The notes under the pieces were generated by a model. That model was given only the letters and a program-made list of their open reading frames with translations, was not told the origin of the DNA and did not search any database. A stretch of 47,082 bases of DNA from a virus: the IMG/VR virus record IMGVR_UViG_3300046055_000016, positions 1 to 47,082 of that record; one strand, written 5' to 3'. Both the position numbers and the translations under genes were made by a program. Shown piece after piece: positions 1 to 8,092 of the stretch (positions are counted from its first letter, which is position 1; every line of letters starts with the position of its first letter).

Positions 1-55
1 CCGGCGCGTCGGGCCGACAGCAACGTGCCCGCCACGGCGCCGCCCACGCCGCCGG
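1..55. repeat. Left copy of a perfect 55-nt inverted terminal repeat (exact reverse complement of 47028..47082)
   Basis: Direct comparison: bases 1-55 equal the reverse complement of 47028-47082. The match breaks at base 56 versus 47027. Confidence 0.95.
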
Positions 56-3000
56 GGCGCGCAGCCAGAGCCTGGCCGATCTCACCAAGCAAGTCCGTCG
101 CCCTCGAAGCGTGCCTGAAGGCGAGTTCTCTCCGACCGCACAGCGCACGCGCGAGCAGCTCAACAGGTTCGTGGATAACACGCCCATGGGCCGCAAGCTG
201 GCCCAATCGCGCTTCTCCCAGGCCGGTCGCGGCGTGCGGCGCACCATGAGCCGGACAAGGCAGGCCATGGCCAAGCACCGAGCCAATCTGAACGCCCGTT
301 TCGACATGGGAAAGGCCACTCAGCGCATCGCCCGTGGCATCCAGCAGCGCTACTCCCAGCTCGTCGATGAGGGCGTGAATGTGCCCAGGCGCTCGATGGA
401 TACCAAGAAGAGCACCCAGACCCAGCTCGAGCAAGACCCAGCCCAGATGGGCCGGGTCATGGACGAGATCGAGCAGGCCAACCAGCGTCGCCGCGCTCGC
501 GGCGAGGACCCAATCGACATTCCCGGCACGCGCGACTTGGACTGGTCGTTGACCCGGGTGGCCCAGGCCGAGCGGGCCCAGGGTTTGCCCGAAGGCTCGC
601 TGCAGCGCTTGGTCACGCGCAAGGTCCAACTGGATGACCTGCTCGAGTCACAGGACGAGGCACAGCGCCTAGCCCGCGAGGCGGGGCAGGCCCAGGGCAT
701 GAGCCCCGATGAGATTGACGCGATGCTGCGCCAAAACATGTCATCGGAGTTGATGCAGCCACAAGAGGGCAACGTGGCCTGGTCACAGCTCGACGAAAGC
801 ACCAAGGACGTGGTCAACCGGGCGGCGCGCACCTGGCGAAGCTGGCAGCGCGAGCACGAGGCCCAGCTCATCCAAGAGGGCCGGATCTCAACCAACCAGG
901 GCGCAGTGCGCATGACCCAACGTCGGCCGACTCAGCGCGTGGCTCGCAACCCCCAAAGCGGGGACCTGGACTTCAACACAGACCCTGACGCGGTCATGCG
1001 CGGTGATCAGCAAGCACAAAACCTGACCGTGGATGAGGTGCCCCAATACCTGGCCGATCAGCACCGTCGGGTGCAAAAGCTCGAGCAAGATCCAAGCGCG
1101 ACACCTGATCAGGTGCAAAAGGCCAGGGCCGATCTTGATAAGGCCGAGAAGCGGTGGGAGAAGGAAGAGCCCACCAACGATATCTATGAGCCTATGGGCC
1201 CCGATGAGCAACCGCCAACAGAACGAGTCAGCCCGGAGGCTGGCACCCAAAAGAAGCTGCGACGCAAGCAACGCCTCATCGACAAGGCCGAGCGCGATGT
1301 CAATCGCCAGACTCAGCTCGTGCGCGATAAGTTCGCAGCTCATCGCGCCGAGGCCCTGGATCGCTACAACGAGCTACACACCGAGATGCGCATGCGCGAG
1401 AAGGAGGCGCTAAACGCCGATCCCGAAACGACCCAGGGCCAACAGGCATGGGACACCTACGCGCGCGCCTACGAGCAGCTCAACGCCTTTGAGAACGAGC
1501 TGGTGCTGTCAGGCATCGGCGGGCGCCCCAAGCCCATGCGCGATCTGGCGGGCCAGATCGAGGGCAAGCTCTCGGATCTGTTGTACTACGCGCGCAACAG
1601 CGACGAGCTAGCCCCCGACGAGGCGGCCTTGGCGCGGTTCAACGAAGCCGTGGGTGAGCTAGAGCAGGTCCAGTCGCTCATGCCCGAGGTGTCGCCGATC
1701 TTGGCTATGATCGGCCGCGAGGGCCTGTCGGGGGTGTCGCCTGAGCTGCGCGCGCTACACCGCGCCGCTCGGGCCAATCCTCGCCTGGCCGATACGCCGG
1801 AGTACCAGCAAGCTCTGGCGTGGGCCAGTAACCGAACCAGTCGGGCCGGCAACGCCCAGGTCCAGGGCTCGCCGCGCCACCAGTGGGCGGCCAATCGCGG
1901 CCAGTCGTCGGTGCGTCGCGGCAGGCAGGCCCTTGGCAGCCAGGGCGGCGACTACTTCGACCAGCAGATTAGAGAGCTTCAAGATCTCGCGCGGCGATAC
2001 CAGGACGAGTCGCGCGACTTCGAGCAGCACCTGGCCCAGACCCAGAGCCAGGCACGCGCTCACCTGGAGGACCTGGCCAAGAAGCAACAGAAGCTCCAGG
2101 CTGCCCGCACGCGCATGAAGAACTTCCAGGACGACGTCAACCAGCGCTTAGAGACCGCGCCGCGCCATTATCGCGAGGCGTTGCGCTTTGCCCGTGAGGA
2201 GGCCCCCGAGCTAGACCGCATGCTGCGCGAGGACCTGGAGGTGCCTCATCACCTGGTCGATGAGCTAAACCTGACGGGGCTGCCCACCATCCTGGAGGAG
2301 CTAGCCGATGCGGGCGTCAACGTCTCCTATGTCAGCACCAAGGCTGCCGAGTCGGGTGACTTCATGGCCCGGCCCTCGGGGGCGCTGAGCGCAACGGCAC
2401 AGCGGCGTTTCCGCCGGGCGCACGCCAGTGGCGACATCAATGCTGAGGACCAGCCCTCGATCATCATCCCCAAAGAGCAGATGGACATCGTCACGAACAA
2501 GCTGCGCGATGACGCGGTGAGCTACATCCACCAGAAGTTCGGCCGCACGCCGCGCCAGGCCCTAGAGGAAGCGGGCTACTCGCGCGGCAAGGTCGATGAG
2601 ATCATGGAGGAGGCAGAAGGCAAGACCACCTACGACGAGGCCGGCAACGTCATCTCACGGACGAGGCCACAACCCCATGTGCTGTCTCAGAAGATGGCTG
2701 ATATCGGCTTTGCCCAAGCTGACGACCCCAGGTTCGCAAAGAACTTACAGCGCAGTGATGAGGCCCCTCGCTCTGACATCTGGCTCAAGGAGAGTTTGGC
2801 TGATATTGCCCACGATGCCTTGACCCCAGGGAAGTTCGAGAAGGCCATGAGCGCGGTCTACGACCCTGTTATGGGAGCGTGGAAAGCGCAGGTGCTCGCT
2901 TTTCGTCCCGCGTGGCAGGTCTTCAACTTCTTGGGCAACAACATCATGCCCATCATCGGTGGCGGGGCCAAGGCGTCGCAGCTTTATCGTTACCTGCCCA

Positions 3001-4193
3001 TGGCAGCTCGCGCTCGCATGCGCTGGGGCCGTGGTGAGCCTACTGACGTGCCCGGGCTAAGCCGCTCGCGAAGCGGTGAGCTATTCGACACCTCGACCAG
3101 CATGGGCGAGTATCAACGAGACATCTCTCAGACCGCGACGCTGGGTCGCAATGTTGGTCAAGCCGCAAGCGAGCGCTTCTCTCAGATCCCGGTAGTGGAT
3201 GAGTTCATGCGCACGCCCCCGGGCCGGTTCGTGCGTGGCGCGACTTCAAGGGTTGGTGGATGGGCCAAGCAGGCCGTTGAGGGGGCTTTTCGTTTCAATA
3301 GCTTTTTTGATCACACCTATCGCGCCTCGGTGTATCTGTCCCAGCTCGAGGAGGGCGCTAACCCAAACCAGGCCATTCGCGCGGCCAAGCAGACCCTGGG
3401 CGACTACACCTCGATGAGCCCAGTCGAGCGCCAGGTGGTGCGTCGCTCATTTCCTTTCTATGCCTGGACGCGCCACATCACCCAGCTCACGGCCAAACAG
3501 CTAAAGCCCAGCAACATCGACCGCTTTGCCATGCAGGCCATGATGATCGAGATCTGGGGCGAGCCAAACGAGCAAGAGGAGATGCTGCCCCACTATCGCC
3601 GAGGCGACATCCAGATCAGTGAAGGCGGCGAGGATGGTGACCCGTCGTTCATCTCCGTTGGCGGGGCCAACCCCTTCATGGACGTGACCCGCCCGTTCGT
3701 CTCTGGTGGACGGCCCTCGCTACGTAGCACAGCCAGCCTTATGAGCCCTCTTGCTCAAATGGGCCTAAGCAACATGACCGGGATTAGGCCACTGACCCAG
3801 CGTCCCTACTCGCGGCCCTATGAGCGCCTTGATCCACAAGGCAGGCCCATCCCGACAGCGCCCTCCATTCCCGATCAGCTCGTCGACCTCTCACCGCAGC
3901 TAAGCCTTGGGCGATCAATCTATCGTCGCGCTTCAGGCGAGACCCTGGCGCGCTATGGCAACGACCAGCCGGTGCTCGCCGAAGGTGTCGAGGAGCCCTC
4001 GCTGCTGGAGAAGGCCGGCCGCCAGCTATTCGGCATTACCTCGGGACAAGAGGACGTTGCCCAGCGCGCCAAGCGCCGCCAACAGCGCTTCGAGCGCGCG
4101 GCCAACCAGCGCTTTGGCTATCAGGAAAAGCTCAAGAGATACCAGCAAGAGGGCTCTGACTCACCCCTGCGTGATCTGCCCCTGATCCCCTAG
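1..4193 (+). CDS. Large virion-associated (internal/ejection-type) protein, C-terminal part; 5' end open at the contig edge
   Basis: The frame of ORF 111..4193 is open from base 3 with GC3-rich codons. No SD-preceded start is seen at 111 or 186. It is 1360+ aa and the last gene of the rightward virion operon. The C-terminal region looks conserved (FRPAWQVFNFLGNN, FPFYAWTRH) but I could not assign a family. Function is inferred only from size and position. Confidence 0.6.
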   Translation, partial: GASGRQQRARHGAAHAAGARSQSLADLTKQVRRPRSVPEGEFSPTAQRTREQLNRFVDNTPMGRKLAQSRFSQAGRGVRRTMSRTRQAMAKHRANLNARFDMGKATQRIARGIQQRYSQLVDEGVNVPRRSMDTKKSTQTQLEQDPAQMGRVMDEIEQANQRRRARGEDPIDIPGTRDLDWSLTRVAQAERAQGLPEGSLQRLVTRKVQLDDLLESQDEAQRLAREAGQAQGMSPDEIDAMLRQNMSSELMQPQEGNVAWSQLDESTKDVVNRAARTWRSWQREHEAQLIQEGRISTNQGAVRMTQRRPTQRVARNPQSGDLDFNTDPDAVMRGDQQAQNLTVDEVPQYLADQHRRVQKLEQDPSATPDQVQKARADLDKAEKRWEKEEPTNDIYEPMGPDEQPPTERVSPEAGTQKKLRRKQRLIDKAERDVNRQTQLVRDKFAAHRAEALDRYNELHTEMRMREKEALNADPETTQGQQAWDTYARAYEQLNAFENELVLSGIGGRPKPMRDLAGQIEGKLSDLLYYARNSDELAPDEAALARFNEAVGELEQVQSLMPEVSPILAMIGREGLSGVSPELRALHRAARANPRLADTPEYQQALAWASNRTSRAGNAQVQGSPRHQWAANRGQSSVRRGRQALGSQGGDYFDQQIRELQDLARRYQDESRDFEQHLAQTQSQARAHLEDLAKKQQKLQAARTRMKNFQDDVNQRLETAPRHYREALRFAREEAPELDRMLREDLEVPHHLVDELNLTGLPTILEELADAGVNVSYVSTKAAESGDFMARPSGALSATAQRRFRRAHASGDINAEDQPSIIIPKEQMDIVTNKLRDDAVSYIHQKFGRTPRQALEEAGYSRGKVDEIMEEAEGKTTYDEAGNVISRTRPQPHVLSQKMADIGFAQADDPRFAKNLQRSDEAPRSDIWLKESLADIAHDALTPGKFEKAMSAVYDPVMGAWKAQVLAFRPAWQVFNFLGNNIMPIIGGGAKASQLYRYLPMAARARMRWGRGEPTDVPGLSRSRSGELFDTSTSMGEYQRDISQTATLGRNVGQAASERFSQIPVVDEFMRTPPGRFVRGATSRVGGWAKQAVEGAFRFNSFFDHTYRASVYLSQLEEGANPNQAIRAAKQTLGDYTSMSPVERQVVRRSFPFYAWTRHITQLTAKQLKPSNIDRFAMQAMMIEIWGEPNEQEEMLPHYRRGDIQISEGGEDGDPSFISVGGANPFMDVTRPFVSGGRPSLRSTASLMSPLAQMGLSNMTGIRPLTQRPYSRPYERLDPQGRPIPTAPSIPDQLVDLSPQLSLGRSIYRRASGETLARYGNDQPVLAEGVEEPSLLEKAGRQLFGITSGQEDVAQRAKRRQQRFERAANQRFGYQEKLKRYQQEGSDSPLRDLPLIP

Positions 4194-4469
4194 CACGGCT
4201 TCATGTGCTTCGGCGATTGAGGACACGACCGCGGCCAGCCCACCGGCAGCGGTGATCCGATCAATGGCGTGTTGCTGGCGTGGTGTGACGGGATGAGCCG
4301 AGTTGGGGTGTTTGACCTCTAAGGCGATGAACTGGCCTCGCCACACGCCGATCAAGTCAGGCACCCCGGGCGATTGCATGGGCCCGCCGTGGACCTTGAT
4401 CAGCCACATGTCGGGTCTGGCCTGTAGCAGCGACTTTTTGATGTGGGTGGTCAGCTGCGACTCGTTCAT
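4161..4469 (-). CDS. VRR-NUC domain nuclease
   Basis: The motif GVPDLIGVWRGQFIALEVKHPNS...TPRQQHAIDRITAAGG matches the VRR-NUC PD-(D/E)XK pattern (PD...ExK...Q). It is the last gene of the leftward arm and overlaps the convergent giant gene by 33 nt. Confidence 0.8.
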   Translation of the reverse strand: MNESQLTTHIKKSLLQARPDMWLIKVHGGPMQSPGVPDLIGVWRGQFIALEVKHPNSAHPVTPRQQHAIDRITAAGGLAAVVSSIAEAHEAVLGDQGQITQG

Positions 4470-4488
4470 GCTGTGCCTTGAAAGAACG

Positions 4489-4523
4489 AGACCCCCGCCG
4501 GGGATGGCTCAGCGGGGGTCTCG
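4489..4523 (-). terminator. GC-rich hairpin (11-bp perfect stem GAGACCCCCGC/GCGGGGGTCTC, 13-nt loop), followed on the minus strand by GTTCTTTC
   Basis: Seen directly. It lies between the SSB-like gene stop (4595) and the VRR-NUC start (4469). The U-tract is weak, so it may be an attenuator or processing site rather than a full terminator. Confidence 0.4.
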
Positions 4524-4594
4524 TGATCGAACGTGCGATCGTGTGCCCACACACAAGGGGCTAAGCCCAGGCTAGCCCCACCCAACGTGGTGTG

Positions 4595-5542
4595 CTACTC
4601 GATGTCCTCTAAGTCCAGGTCATCCAGCTCTTGCTCGATCGTGGCCTGCTGGGGCTCGCCGGCTGGCTCGGGAGTCTGCTGGGTGTCCTGTTGGGGGTGG
4701 GTCACGTCCAGGATCTCGGCGATGTAGGTGGGCTTCTTCTTGCCCTTCTCGCGGGGCACGTCGTATTCCTTGGCCCAGGCCAGGACCTCGCTTCGGTCGA
4801 TGTTTTGCAGGTGAGCGTAGAACTCCTGACGCGTGACGTTGGTCGGATCGGTCTCCTCTTGTGGCTCTAGGTCCTCGCCTTCCTCCTCGTGGACGAACGC
4901 CGCGTCACCTTCACTTGCGTCGGGCTCATCAAGCTCCTCGCTGCCGCCCGATGGGGGCTGCTGCTCGTCAGGCTCCTCGTCAGGCTCCTCGAGGTCGTCC
5001 TCGTCGCCATCGGCCACGCCCTGTTGAGTCTCGCCTTCCTCGTCCTCGGCGAGGTCGTCGTCGTAGGCCGCCTCAGTGTCCTCGGTAAATATCTCGGTCT
5101 CGCCAGCGCCTGACTTGTCGCTGCGCAGGTGGGCGTCGATGATCACCGCGTTGGGCTTGAGGAAGTCGATGACCTCGCTTTTGATCCGGTTGTTGTAGGG
5201 CTCGCCGTCGCCCACACGGGCGCCGACCTCTTTGCCCACCAGGGTCTCCAGGCGGATCTTGATCTTACCCTCGGGGATCTTGTGGCCCATGGCCTCCAGC
5301 ATGTTGCGAAAGGACCATAGGTTTTGCTCCAGCAGCATCTGGCGGTAGGTCACCTGCGAGCCGGTCATCGAGCCATGATTGACCACCAAGGTGAACACGA
5401 TCATGGGGTTGCCCGAGGTCTTGGCCTTTTGCTGTTTGGCGTCCTCAACTTTGAAGATGTACTCGCCCTCGGGCAGGCGAGCGTCACGCTGTGACGTGTT
5501 TGAGAAGTCAAGCTCGATCGTGCTGTCGCCTTTCTTGACCAT
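4595..5542 (-). CDS. SSB-like protein (resembles the DUF669 phage family) with a long acidic C-terminal tail
   Basis: The N-terminal ~130 aa (LPEGEYIFKVEDAK...GNPMIVFTLVV...) resembles DUF669-type phage ssDNA-binding proteins. The D/E-rich tail ends in DLDLEDIE. SD is GAAGGAGGA. It lies between the ATPase and nuclease genes of a typical recombination/replication module. Confidence 0.6.
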   Translation of the reverse strand: MVKKGDSTIELDFSNTSQRDARLPEGEYIFKVEDAKQQKAKTSGNPMIVFTLVVNHGSMTGSQVTYRQMLLEQNLWSFRNMLEAMGHKIPEGKIKIRLETLVGKEVGARVGDGEPYNNRIKSEVIDFLKPNAVIIDAHLRSDKSGAGETEIFTEDTEAAYDDDLAEDEEGETQQGVADGDEDDLEEPDEEPDEQQPPSGGSEELDEPDASEGDAAFVHEEEGEDLEPQEETDPTNVTRQEFYAHLQNIDRSEVLAWAKEYDVPREKGKKKPTYIAEILDVTHPQQDTQQTPEPAGEPQQATIEQELDDLDLEDIE

Positions 5543-5599
5543 GCTGTTCCTCCTTCAGTGTGTGCGAGCGTGCGCTTATGTGTGTGTGAGGGGTGCGGG

Positions 5600-6388
5600 C
5601 TAGCTCAAAGGGATACCCAAGCGCTTGGCCAGCTTGGGCACTGTTGGCCGGCTCTTGCGGCCTAGCACGTAGGGCAGTTTCTTGGACGAGTCAACGTCCT
5701 CGCGCACCTTGGTGCGGATCATGTCGTGTGGGCCAAAGCGGACACAGAAGTTCCACTTCTCCTCGGTCAGGCTCTCACTCTCTCCTTCCTCGACGAAGCA
5801 ATACCCGATGTAGTCCGGGCTCGCCTCGACGACCGCTCGGCTGCCTTTGGACACATCGGGGGAAACTTCAGTCTCCCCGGTGTCCTCGTCCTCGACCGTC
5901 TTGGACTGGGAAGTCATGATGATGTGTATGGGGTTGTCACGCTCGCTATCGGCCAGGTTGTACCAAAACACGATCTGATCGGTCATGAACGACAGGACCT
6001 TGCCCCAGCCCTGCATGTCCAGGCCCTTGGGGTTTTGGGTGACTTCCTGAACACTGTCCTCACTGATCCCCAGCAAGTAGCGCACATACATTTTCTGTAG
6101 CGCTGAGATCGACTCGAGCATGACCGCCTGACAATCCACTTGACCGGTCTGGGTGTCCCAGAACAGTTGGCTGATCTCGGTCACGCTCTGAGGGCGCTCG
6201 ACCATGATGTTGTCAGCATACGATGTGTTCTTGATCGACTTGATCCCCTTCTCACCGGGCAAGTCGATGTAGAGCGTTTTACACGATTGCGCGATCGTTG
6301 AGCCAAACGAAGTTTTGCCGACACCGGATCTTCCATGTAATAACATCTTCAATGCATCATCGTTCATTTTTGTCAATGGTGTTGCCAT
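5600..6388 (-). CDS. RecA-fold AAA ATPase (Sak4/AAA_24-like recombination ATPase)
   Basis: Walker A is HGRSGVGKTSFG and a Walker B-like segment is IHIIMTSQ. Its size and its position next to the DUF669-like and Cas4-like genes fit this call. Confidence 0.7.
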   Translation of the reverse strand: MATPLTKMNDDALKMLLHGRSGVGKTSFGSTIAQSCKTLYIDLPGEKGIKSIKNTSYADNIMVERPQSVTEISQLFWDTQTGQVDCQAVMLESISALQKMYVRYLLGISEDSVQEVTQNPKGLDMQGWGKVLSFMTDQIVFWYNLADSERDNPIHIIMTSQSKTVEDEDTGETEVSPDVSKGSRAVVEASPDYIGYCFVEEGESESLTEEKWNFCVRFGPHDMIRTKVREDVDSSKKLPYVLGRKSRPTVPKLAKRLGIPLS

Positions 6389-7533
6389 GCTTGAGCCCCG
6401 TTTCCGTTTTGCGTGTGTGTGGGTTGGTGAAAATCGCGCTGGCGCAGGCTATGGGTGTCGTGGCCCCACAGCTCGGCCATGCACAGTTCGGTGTAGGGGC
6501 AGTCCCATTCGCAGCTTTGCTTGACGGTGCGGACCTGGCCCACATGCGGGCGCTGGTGGACCTGTTTCATCTCGCTTGCCGTCTGGACTGCCTCGGCCAG
6601 GATCTGCTCGGTAACCCTCTTGTTGCGTGGAGCCGGTGTGCGCTCCAGGAAGGGATTGTGATGTTTTAGCTCGGCTAACTTGTGTTTGTGCTCGTCGGTG
6701 ATCTCGATGCCGTACTCTTTCAAGGCCTCGAGATAGGTCAGCGCGTCAGTGTCGATAGCTCGTTTTGATAGTGAGCCGTCTTTGTTCTGAGCCGGCTTGG
6801 TGGGTGGCTTGGTCAATAAGTAATCGAACTCGATGTAGTCAATCGAGATATCGTGCTCGTCCAGGGTTGGCTGCAGGCCCCACGGATACAGGTGCAGTTG
6901 GGACTCCATGAGCTTCCAACTGGCCTTGGGCGCGGACTTGGACGACTTCCAATCCCTCAGCACAACCAAGCCTTGAGAGTCCCTGGCCAGGAGATCGACC
7001 TGGCCAGCGAAGGTATGGCCCAACTTATGGGTGCGTTGCCAGGGGAACTCGACCAGCAGCGGCGCTTCAGCCTCCAGGGTCTTGCGGTAGTGATAGAAGT
7101 ATCCTCGCAGGATCTTCTCCACCGCCTGGGGCAGGGTGTGGCCGTGCTCGACGTATCCCTGCTGCTCCTCGGGGAACAGCCTCATCCAGGCGTGTTCCAC
7201 CAATAGCTGGAGCATGCCCTGCCAGCTCAAGGCGTAAGACTGCTCTTTTCGGTTGGGTGTATGGGGCACGACCAGGCAAGCCTGATCGTGGTCGATGGCC
7301 ACTGGGCCCACATCGTCGATGTCGATGGTCTCAGGACCCTCGAGCAGGCTGTTCTTGGCTATCCCATCGGCGATGTGAGCCGCAGCCAGGCAGTAGTGGA
7401 TCCACAGCCCCCGTGCAAGGGGCAGCGTGGGCTGCCTGGGGGTTAGCTCCTCGACGTAGGCATAGCGGTACTGGCGCAGGCACCTGCGCGCGCTGTTGAG
7501 ATGGCTGTGATGAATGGGCAGCGACTCAGCCAT
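6373..7533 (-). CDS. PD-(D/E)XK exonuclease, Cas4/RecB-like, with a 4-Cys cluster
   Basis: The nuclease core is GQVDLLARD...VVLRDWKSSKS. There is an N-terminal Cys (RRCLRQYRY) and a C-terminal C-x3-C-x5-C (CEWDCPYTELC). The start was moved to the ATG at 7533, which overlaps the upstream stop. Confidence 0.8.
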   Translation of the reverse strand: MAESLPIHHSHLNSARRCLRQYRYAYVEELTPRQPTLPLARGLWIHYCLAAAHIADGIAKNSLLEGPETIDIDDVGPVAIDHDQACLVVPHTPNRKEQSYALSWQGMLQLLVEHAWMRLFPEEQQGYVEHGHTLPQAVEKILRGYFYHYRKTLEAEAPLLVEFPWQRTHKLGHTFAGQVDLLARDSQGLVVLRDWKSSKSAPKASWKLMESQLHLYPWGLQPTLDEHDISIDYIEFDYLLTKPPTKPAQNKDGSLSKRAIDTDALTYLEALKEYGIEITDEHKHKLAELKHHNPFLERTPAPRNKRVTEQILAEAVQTASEMKQVHQRPHVGQVRTVKQSCEWDCPYTELCMAELWGHDTHSLRQRDFHQPTHTQNGNGAQAWQHH

Positions 7534-7780
7534 CGTCGGCTTCCTCGCTGGCCCCACCACTGCCCAACTGACCGGTCTGGACAATGTCGCCAACCCTGAT
7601 CACGCACTCCATGACGAACGCGGAGCGGTTGATCGTGGCCATGTCGGGCTTGCGGGGCCCGCCGGCGTGGACTGTCGTGGGCGGATCCCCGTCAGGGAGC
7701 GTGGCCATGTAGGCGTGTGGCCACCACCGCCACAACATGCGCCATGCCAGCTCACAGGCCGCCATCTTGAGTCGGTGCAC
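7526..7780 (-). CDS. Hypothetical small protein
   Basis: GC3-rich frame. A GTG start lies 5 nt after AAGGAGA, with an alternative ATG at 7765. The stop overlaps the nuclease start. Confidence 0.55.
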   Translation of the reverse strand: MHRLKMAACELAWRMLWRWWPHAYMATLPDGDPPTTVHAGGPRKPDMATINRSAFVMECVIRVGDIVQTGQLGSGGASEEADDG

Positions 7781-7816
7781 CCTTGTCTCCTTTTGTGTGT
7801 GGACACGTAGCACAGG

Positions 7817-8092
7817 CTACTCGTCCTCGCCCTGCTCACCCTGGGCACCGCCAGCGCCGCCCTGAGTAACACCTTGGGAGGCTGGCTGCTTGGCCACCTT
7901 GCGCACGCCCTTGGGCTTTGCGCTTACGGGCTGTTTGATCGAGGTCTCAAGGCCCTTGAACGGCCCTGACGTGAAGCGGATGCGCACTCGGTGGGTGACC
8001 GAGTTTTGGCGGCGATCGACCTTCTCCACGATCGACAGCACCTCGACCTGAGACGAGAAGGTCTCGCCGACTTGTGGGCTCTCTGCCATCAT
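7817..8092 (-). CDS. Hypothetical protein with a basic, Gly-rich C-terminus
   Basis: ATGA overlap with the polymerase stop; GC3-rich; 91 aa. Confidence 0.6.
   Translation of the reverse strand: MMAESPQVGETFSSQVEVLSIVEKVDRRQNSVTHRVRIRFTSGPFKGLETSIKQPVSAKPKGVRKVAKQPASQGVTQGGAGGAQGEQGEDE

Noticed and set aside
1-55. Hairpin telomeres (protelomerase) or protein-primed linear ends as the explanation for the ITR
   Set aside because: I recognised no protelomerase, terminal protein or family B polymerase. The ends fall inside an open reading frame in the middle of the late operon, which is implausible for natural termini.
350-2087. Minus-strand ORFs inside the giant virion gene (350..913, 888..1343, 1586..1894, 1755..2087)
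   Set aside because: These are antisense shadow ORFs, typical of GC-rich coding DNA. Their translations are R/S/A/P-rich, they have no SD, and they are fully embedded in a plus-strand frame with strong GC3 bias.
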